From NCBI GenBank assembly GCA_027491915.1, contig JAOZGC010000001.1:96001-160000 (forward strand): 64,000 nt of DNA. Direction: 5' to 3'. Shown one piece after another: positions 57,666 to 64,000 of the stretch. Source of the stretch: Thermoproteota archaeon (GTDB lineage: Archaea > Korarchaeota > Korarchaeia > Korarchaeales > Korarchaeaceae). A program made the translations under genes and the position numbers. The notes beneath the pieces are model-generated. The model worked only from the letters and a program-made list of their open reading frames with translations, did not search any database and had not been told where the DNA came from. Each line of letters starts with the position of its first letter. Position 1 is the stretch's first letter.

Positions 57666-58834
57666 CGCGGCAGCGCGGAGCTCAACCTCCTGAGGATCTC
57701 CCTCCTCTCCCCGGGCTGCAGGTCGGCCCCCTCGACCAGCTCCTCCAGGAGGGAGATGGCCCTGTCCATCCTGCCGACGTCCACCGGGTAGGGCACCCCG
57801 TCCTTCCCCCCGAAGGCGAACGAGTACCTCAGGGGATCCCTGCGGCTGACCTCCACCCCCTCCACGAGCTCCGCCAGGAGCGCCAGCGCCCTGACCGTGG
57901 CGGGTCCCACCCCCCTCACCGCCACGAGCTCCTCATAACCGTCGACCCCCATCTCGTAGGCCCTCCTCAGGGCCTCCCAGTTCACCCGCCTAGGCATGAC
58001 CAGGTAACTGGCCCCGCCCGCCCCCCGTCCCCCGTCGCCTCCCTCCCCCAGGTAGGGGGACAGCGGCCCCCTCAGGGCCTCCCTCAACGCGGAGGCCAGT
58101 TTCCTCGGCCCCTCCCTCACCAGGTCTACCGACGCCCCCCTCGCCTCCCGGCTGGCCTTGGACGTCATGTCGAGCACCGACCTCTCCGACCTGTCCCCCA
58201 TGATCCCGGAGTGCGGCTCCTCCACGAAGCTCTCAAGGCCCTCGCCCAGCCAGTGGTACCGCCTGGCGGTCTGGGCCCGCGGGTTCATCCCCTGCTGGAC
58301 CACCGCCCAGAGACCGTCCTCCGTCACGAACACCGCGTGGTGGTACAGGGAGTACCCGTCCTGCAGGACCGCCGAGTCGACCTTCGCCGCCATCCTGCTG
58401 GCCCTCAGCATCTCGGAGGCCCTCTCCCCTCCCAGCCCGAGTCGACCGGCCGCCTCGATCACCTCCCGGGGGACCTCCCTGGAGGCCCTCCCCTTCCCCC
58501 CGACGACCAGGACCCCGAGCTCCCCGTCCGCCAGGGCATCCCTGATGGCGGCCGTCAGCACAGTCGTGACGCCGGAGGAGTGCCAGTCGTACCCCAGGGC
58601 GCAGCCCAGGGCCTGGAACCAGACCGGATCCGAAACCCTCCTGAGGAGTTCCGCCCTCCCGCGGTCTTCTACCAGGATCTTCATCAGGATCCCGGAGAGC
58701 CTCCTCATCCTGTCGTAGAGCCACCTCGGGGCCCGCCCCGAGTGGAGCGGCAGGACCGCCACCCCGGACCTCCTCAACCTCACCGCCCCCGGATCTGGGT
58801 CCGCGCGGCGGGCCGCCCGCTCAGTCCTTCCCAC
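57662..58834 (-). CDS. DUF763-family protein
   Basis: LPLH.G.AP.WL, GYDWHSSGVTT, AKVDS, QDG, QQGMN, ARRYHW, GVGP (HhH-like), GGKDGVPYPVD. Confidence 0.9.
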   Translation of the reverse strand: MGRTERAARRADPDPGAVRLRRSGVAVLPLHSGRAPRWLYDRMRRLSGILMKILVEDRGRAELLRRVSDPVWFQALGCALGYDWHSSGVTTVLTAAIRDALADGELGVLVVGGKGRASREVPREVIEAAGRLGLGGERASEMLRASRMAAKVDSAVLQDGYSLYHHAVFVTEDGLWAVVQQGMNPRAQTARRYHWLGEGLESFVEEPHSGIMGDRSERSVLDMTSKASREARGASVDLVREGPRKLASALREALRGPLSPYLGEGGDGGRGAGGASYLVMPRRVNWEALRRAYEMGVDGYEELVAVRGVGPATVRALALLAELVEGVEVSRRDPLRYSFAFGGKDGVPYPVDVGRMDRAISLLEELVEGADLQPGERREILRRLSSALPR

Positions 58835-59003
58835 TCGGGACCGCGAACTTGTCCCTCTTCCTCGCTCCCCTCTTCCGGCACTTGGAGATCTCCGGATACA
58901 TCAGCTCCTCGAGCGCGAACAGGTCCTCGGGAACATCTTCGACGAAGTTATCGCCCTCCTCCCCCCTGTTCCCGTCTCCCTCGTGGTCCCCCACCGAGAT
59001 CAC
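58821..59003 (-). CDS. Small hypothetical protein (acidic N-half, basic C-half)
   Basis: Upstream TTTATAAAA box (about 59025-59033); 3' end overlaps the DUF763 start. Confidence 0.5.
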   Translation of the reverse strand: MISVGDHEGDGNRGEEGDNFVEDVPEDLFALEELMYPEISKCRKRGARKRDKFAVPSGKD

Positions 59004-59202
59004 CCGCCGATACCTCCGGCGGCGTTTTTATAAACCTCCGCACTCGACCCCCTCCCCTCCTCCCTCCCGCACGGATCTCCCGCCGGGTCCCGAGGCGGGG
59101 GCGGCTATCCTCATTCGTGAAATTGTTGAGCGGCTCCCGTCCCGGATCTCCCGGACGCCGATTCTCCGGACCCGGGGCTTCGTCCTCCTTTGTATTTTCT
59201 AT

Positions 59203-59267
59203 TGTTATATAACAGGGTTTTTGATATGAAATTTGATTCAAAAATTTCATACAACAAAGTTATATTA
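59203..59267 (+). promoter_or_regulatory. fdh operon promoter with two palindromes upstream of BRE/TATA
   Basis: TGTTATATAACA (59203-14); TATGAAATTT-n7-AAATTTCATA (59225-51); CAAAG-TTATATTA box. Confidence 0.7.
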
Positions 59268-59309
59268 TTCTGACAGCTCGGCGCCGACAGCCCACTCAAT
59301 AGGGGTGGG

Positions 59310-62300
59310 GTGAAACCGTTGGAGGAGACCGTTTCCGTAACCAGGAGGAGTTTTCTGAAGATGGCGGGCCTTGGAACCGTACCGATATTCCTCGGAGAGT
59401 CTGCGCGGGCGGTACTGGCAAAACCGCAGCCGAAGCGCTATGCCCTCGGTGAAATAAGTGGAAGGCGGCTGGAGGAAGCCCGGGAGATAAGGGGGATCTG
59501 CGCCTACTGCTCCGTCGGGTGCGGGATCATATTTCACCGCGTCGGAGACAAGGTGATACACGTAGAGGGCGATCCAGACAACCCGCTCAACGAGGGCAAG
59601 CTCTGTCCAAAGGGCCTGGCCTCCATAGAGCTGTTCGGTCAGAACAACCCGCGGAGGCTCAGGACCCCCATGATAAGGGTGAACCCAAAGCCGCCGGCCG
59701 ACGAGCTCAAGTCCGTCAGGAGCCAGGACGAGCTGAGGGCCGTCCTCGAGAAGTACAAGCCGGAGTGGAAGCCGGTGACCTGGGAGGACGCCTTCGAGTA
59801 CATAGCCGAGCGGATGAAGGCCATCCTGGACGAGGTCGGCTGGAGCCCGGTCCAGTCCGACGGCTACTACTACAAGGGCAAGATGTTTCCGATGATGATA
59901 GAGGCCGGCGCCAAGCTGACCAACGAGGAGGCCTACATAATAAGGAAGATCTCCGCCCTGATGGGCTCGAACAACATAGACCACGACGCCAGGAGGTGCC
60001 ACTCCACCACCGTGGCGGGCCTGGCGGGGACCGTCGGGTTCGGCGCCCAGACCCAGACCTTCATAGACACCCAGTTCATATCCGCCTACCTGATATTCGG
60101 CGGGAACCCGGCCGAGGCCCATCCCGTCAGCATGGGCCACACCCTCAAGGGCAAGGAGAGGGGGACCCTGACCCTGATAGTGGTGGACCCGAGGTACAAC
60201 AGGACCGCCAGCCAGGCCGACATATTCGCCTTCTTCAGGCCTGGCAGCGACCTGGCCTTCCTGCTCTACATACTGCACTACGCCTTCTGGGAGAGGAGTC
60301 CCCCGGTCGACCAGCTCGACACCTTCAGGGAGTTCGCCCAGAGGTTCAACGTGGACCTGGACGAGATAGCCGAGTTCAAGGAGATAGCCAAGGACTACAC
60401 GGCCGAGGAGGTATCCAAGATAACCGGCATACCGGTGGACAAGTTGAGGCAGATAGCCCAGACCTACGTGGAGAACTCAGGGGTGACGACCAACTTCAAG
60501 AGGTTCGGCTCCATACAGTGGGCCATGGGGCAGACCCAGCACCACGTGGGGACCCAGATAACCAGGCTGAGCACCCTGGTCCAGCTCACCCTGGGTAACA
60601 TGGGGTTCCCGGGAGGGGGTCTGAACCCGTACAGGGGCCACAGCAACGTCCAGGGGACCACCGACATGTGCATCCTGGCCCACATCCTCCCCGGGTACAT
60701 CAAGCTCCCGAGCAGCGTCGTGCAGATCAGGACCTATCAGGACTGGAAGAACCAGGGGTTCCCGGACGCGTGGCACTGGGAGATCCCTGAATGGGCCGGC
60801 GACTCCTTCGGCCCGCACGAGAGGGGCAGCGTCAACTCCTCCAAGATACTCTGGAGCTGGTGGTTCCACAACTGGAGGAAGTTCGAGCTGACCTGGGGGA
60901 TCTTCGTCGGGACGGACCCGGAGGACGACCCGCAGAACGGCACCCCCATAAGCGACATACCCTTCGGCGCGGGCTACACCGAGAACACCTGGTGGCAGGG
61001 CGTCATATTCGACGACGTCATCAAGGCCGCCGTGATAATGGCCGAGAACCCGGCCGTCAGCAACGCGGACACCCTGACCGAGTACATCGCCCTGGCCTCC
61101 CTCGATCTGCTGGTGGTGGTCGACCTCTGGGAGACCGAGACCGCCACCTTCGCCGACGTCCTGCTGCCGGGGGCCGTCCAGTACGAGAAGTACGGCAGCA
61201 TAACCAACAGCAACAGGTGGCTCCAGTGGCAGGACCGCGTCGTCCCCCCGGCCGGGGACGCGAAGCCCGACCTCTGGATAATGGTGAAGATGTGGGACTA
61301 CTTCAGGAAGAACGGGGTCGCCAGGCTGCCGAGCGAGATCTACGGCAAGACCGAGGAGAGGGTCCGGATAAGGAACCCGTACACCGGAGAGCCGGTGCAC
61401 CTCTACGACAGGAAGATATCCCCGTTCATGGACTACGCCACCGGGAGGTACCCCGATCCGGACTACGCCTACGTCGACCCGGAGCTGATATACAGGGAGA
61501 TAGACCTGGCGGTGGACCTCTACAACGGCATGTACGACTGGGCCGCCCACAAGAACCTCTCCAAGAGGAGGATCCCGATACTCAGGGGCGAGAACGAGAT
61601 AGACGGGATACTGGACTCGACCTACCAGATGCACAAGGACTGGGGGTGGACCTGGCCCAAGAACATAAGGATCCTGTACAACCTGTGGACCCTGTCCAAG
61701 ACCCTGGAGAGGACCGTCACCTACACCTTCCCCGCCGGGAAGTACGCGGTGGGTCCCGAGCTGGACGGTCAGACCTTCACCATAACCGGCGAGACCGGGG
61801 AGATAAGGGACGCCAAGACCGGGGAGTGGAGGCCGGCCTTCATACCGGGCCACAACTTCGTCATAGGGAAGTTCTACAAGAGGGCCTGGAGCGGCATGGC
61901 GGACATATTCACCGGGGCCGTCAGCCCCAGGGACCTGCTCTACGACGAGAGGGTGGTGGACAAGTTCGTCGTGTTCCACGAGGACGGAACCTACGAGATC
62001 CTTTCCTCCCGGGACATGGGGGTGAAGTGCGTCCTCTGCGAGAGCTTCTACTACGACCCAGAGGTTGTCTTCTCGGGCAAGGCCAACTACAAGAAGCCCT
62101 ACTACAAGGGGACCAAGGACCTTGGGGACGGGAGGATCCTGAAGTACGTCGGGTTCTACGACTGGGTCAAGGTCAGGGACGCCTTCTCCCAGGAGCTCGA
62201 GCAGCTGGCCTCCAGCATGGGGTTCAGGCAGGCCGTCATAGAGATGAAGAGCAGGTACGGGGAGTGGTACGCCTACCCGAGCCCGGACAACCCCAACGAG

Positions 62301-62963
62301 ATCTGGGCCTGGGACATGAGGTACCCGATCCACTACGAGCCGGCGGAGACCATATGCAGGGAGCTGGCCGTGAAGTACCCGGCCATGGCCTGGAGGAGGA
62401 AGGAGAACTTCAACCTCATAAGCCCGCCCAACCCGTACTACCAGGAGATAGCGGACACCGTCAACATAGTGCCCGACGAGATGGAGGTCCCCGAGGGGGC
62501 GGTCGTCGTCACGGCCACGACGAACAGGCTGACGGAGCACTTCCACACCGGTCAGCTGACGAGGAACGTCCCGCTGCTGGCCGAGCTGGTGCCAGAGCCC
62601 TTCGTGGACATACCTAAGCCCCTGGCCGACCGCCTGGGGATAAAGTCCGGGGACATAGTGGAGGTGGGCAACAACAGGAGCAGGATATACCTCAGGGCCA
62701 TGGTGACCAACAGGGTCCCGACCCTGAAGATAGGATCCCAGGGCAAGGACTGCTACACGGTGAACCTGCCGTGGCACTGGGGATGGGCGGGGGCCCACAG
62801 CACCTACGCCGTGGCCAACACGGTGTCCGGGATATACATGGACACCGTGACGACGATGCAGGAGACGAAGACCTTCCTGGTCTACATCAGGAAGGCGTCG
62901 CCCGCCAAGTACGACTACAGGCCGGGTGAGGAGAACAGGCCCGAGGTCCAGGTGAGGTGGTGA
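59310..62963 (+). CDS. fdnG: Tat-exported formate dehydrogenase alpha subunit (FdnG/FdoG-like, Cys-type)
   Basis: TRRSFLK Tat motif, CAYCSVGC...CPKG, active-site RCHS, RGHSNVQG, RLTEHFHTG, PWHWG. Confidence 0.93.
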   Translation: MKPLEETVSVTRRSFLKMAGLGTVPIFLGESARAVLAKPQPKRYALGEISGRRLEEAREIRGICAYCSVGCGIIFHRVGDKVIHVEGDPDNPLNEGKLCPKGLASIELFGQNNPRRLRTPMIRVNPKPPADELKSVRSQDELRAVLEKYKPEWKPVTWEDAFEYIAERMKAILDEVGWSPVQSDGYYYKGKMFPMMIEAGAKLTNEEAYIIRKISALMGSNNIDHDARRCHSTTVAGLAGTVGFGAQTQTFIDTQFISAYLIFGGNPAEAHPVSMGHTLKGKERGTLTLIVVDPRYNRTASQADIFAFFRPGSDLAFLLYILHYAFWERSPPVDQLDTFREFAQRFNVDLDEIAEFKEIAKDYTAEEVSKITGIPVDKLRQIAQTYVENSGVTTNFKRFGSIQWAMGQTQHHVGTQITRLSTLVQLTLGNMGFPGGGLNPYRGHSNVQGTTDMCILAHILPGYIKLPSSVVQIRTYQDWKNQGFPDAWHWEIPEWAGDSFGPHERGSVNSSKILWSWWFHNWRKFELTWGIFVGTDPEDDPQNGTPISDIPFGAGYTENTWWQGVIFDDVIKAAVIMAENPAVSNADTLTEYIALASLDLLVVVDLWETETATFADVLLPGAVQYEKYGSITNSNRWLQWQDRVVPPAGDAKPDLWIMVKMWDYFRKNGVARLPSEIYGKTEERVRIRNPYTGEPVHLYDRKISPFMDYATGRYPDPDYAYVDPELIYREIDLAVDLYNGMYDWAAHKNLSKRRIPILRGENEIDGILDSTYQMHKDWGWTWPKNIRILYNLWTLSKTLERTVTYTFPAGKYAVGPELDGQTFTITGETGEIRDAKTGEWRPAFIPGHNFVIGKFYKRAWSGMADIFTGAVSPRDLLYDERVVDKFVVFHEDGTYEILSSRDMGVKCVLCESFYYDPEVVFSGKANYKKPYYKGTKDLGDGRILKYVGFYDWVKVRDAFSQELEQLASSMGFRQAVIEMKSRYGEWYAYPSPDNPNEIWAWDMRYPIHYEPAETICRELAVKYPAMAWRRKENFNLISPPNPYYQEIADTVNIVPDEMEVPEGAVVVTATTNRLTEHFHTGQLTRNVPLLAELVPEPFVDIPKPLADRLGIKSGDIVEVGNNRSRIYLRAMVTNRVPTLKIGSQGKDCYTVNLPWHWGWAGAHSTYAVANTVSGIYMDTVTTMQETKTFLVYIRKASPAKYDYRPGEENRPEVQVRW

Positions 62964-63775
62964 TCATGGCCGCCGGAGAGAAGGCGATTGTTTTCAACCC
63001 CGACGTCTGCATCGGGTGCCGCGCCTGCCAGACCGCCTGCCACGTCTGGAACGGCACCAGGCCCGAGGTCACGGACTTCTCGCCGTCCTTCACCAACCCC
63101 CAGGATCTCATGCCCAACGTCTGGATGATAATGACCTACAAGGAGGTGGGCCAGGGAGACGGCTTCGACTGGCTCTTCCTCAAGAGGCAGTGCATGCACT
63201 GCAGCGAGGCGCCCTGCGCCAAGGCCTGTCCTGTCGGGGCCATCGAGGTCCACCCGGACGGGTCCGTGGTGATCAGGTCGGACCGCTGCATAGGCTGCAG
63301 GTACTGCGTGGAGGCCTGCCCCTACGACGTCCCCAGGTACGACCCGACCACCAACAAGGTGTACAAGTGCACCATGTGCATAGACAGGACCCAGAACGGG
63401 CTGGAGCCGGCCTGCGTCTCGGCCTGCCCGACCGGGGCCCTGGAGTACGGGGACTACGACTCCCTCGTCTCCAAGTACAGGTCCGGCGGGTACGAGGTCT
63501 ACGGGGACCAGGTCAACGACTACGTCGGCCACACCCACTACGTGTACGTCACCAAGAGGTGGGCCGGCAAGCTGACCGACCCCGAGTACTTCGGGGAGCA
63601 CCTGCCAGCCAACCCGCGGAAGCCCGCCGTGCAGTTCAGCAAGGGCATCGTGAGGCCCGTCGGCTGGGGCCTCGTGGGGCTCACGGCGATCGGCCTGCTG
63701 GGGCACCTGGCCTTCTGGCGCTCCAAGCGCATGGAGGAGCAGGAGCAAGAGGGCGGAAAGGGAGGTAAGAAGTGA
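62957..63775 (+). CDS. fdnH: Formate dehydrogenase Fe-S beta subunit with C-terminal TM
   Basis: CIGCRAC, CMHC...C..ACP, CIGCRYC...CP, KCTMC...ACP; C-terminal hydrophobic helix. Confidence 0.93.
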   Translation: MVIMAAGEKAIVFNPDVCIGCRACQTACHVWNGTRPEVTDFSPSFTNPQDLMPNVWMIMTYKEVGQGDGFDWLFLKRQCMHCSEAPCAKACPVGAIEVHPDGSVVIRSDRCIGCRYCVEACPYDVPRYDPTTNKVYKCTMCIDRTQNGLEPACVSACPTGALEYGDYDSLVSKYRSGGYEVYGDQVNDYVGHTHYVYVTKRWAGKLTDPEYFGEHLPANPRKPAVQFSKGIVRPVGWGLVGLTAIGLLGHLAFWRSKRMEEQEQEGGKGGKK

Positions 63776-63800
63776 GGAAGGGAAGAAGGAGGTGATTTGG

Positions 63801-64000
63801 ATGATGGAGGGAATGATCAGGGCCTTCAAGGAGTCTCAGATGTGGGTCCACATGCACCTCATACATTTCGTCGCGGCCTTCATAGTGTCCGGGCTGCCGC
63901 TGATAAGCAGGGACTGGTTCGGCTGGATAGCCTCCGCCGTCGGGTATCCGATATCGGAGGTCCTCGGCGGGTCCTACGCCCCCTACTCCATGGGAATACA
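63801..64000 (+). CDS. Probable formate dehydrogenase cytochrome b (gamma) subunit, 5' part
   Basis: SD GGAGGTGA; MMEGMIRAFKESQMWVHMHLIHFVAAFIVSGLPL first TM with His; runs off the window end. Confidence 0.75.
   Translation, partial: MMEGMIRAFKESQMWVHMHLIHFVAAFIVSGLPLISRDWFGWIASAVGYPISEVLGGSYAPYSMGI

Noticed and set aside
59120-59135. lac-operator-like AATTGTTGAGCGG
   Set aside because: Partial chance match with no symmetric half-site or cognate context
60477-62798. 773-aa antisense ORF, and similar long shadows such as 17859-19301, 23953-25239 and 60791-62617
   Set aside because: These lie opposite or out of frame with well-supported genes and are expected from strong GC3 bias; no motifs
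59310-62963. Selenocysteine in formate dehydrogenase
   Set aside because: Active-site codon is TGC (Cys); no in-frame TGA

Overview
GC-rich, very gene-dense archaeal chromosome segment. Archaeal markers include Sec61beta, SUI1, PAC2, archaeal DNA ligase, an intron-containing tRNA and TATA-led leaderless genes. The gene mix is compatible with a TACK lineage such as Korarchaeota, but that is inference only. About 60 CDS were called, mostly housekeeping: a divergent tubulin/FtsZ-family GTPase, two ADP-forming acyl-CoA ligase alpha subunits, DNA repair genes (UDG, ligase, XPD, TatD), GlyRS and SerS, tRNA-modification enzymes (TtuA, aTrm5a), three ABC systems, several Ig/CARDB surface proteins, and a Tat-exported formate dehydrogenase operon with MobA and FdhD nearby. 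RNA genes are tRNA-Lys(UUU) with a 21-nt BHB intron and a box C/D guide RNA (45919-46007, minus strand, absent from the ORF track) predicted to direct 2'-O-methylation of 16S C1402. No CRISPR array, transposase or integrase was seen. Most notable leads: the C/D guide RNA, the CetZ-like GTPase with an upstream coiled-coil gene, an uncharacterised three-gene wHTH operon with a shared helical motif, a membrane-anchored RidA, a PHP/PRC-barrel-like fusion, recurrent probable CTG starts, and symmetric bidirectional TATA elements. All calls come from reading motifs by eye; no database searches were run.
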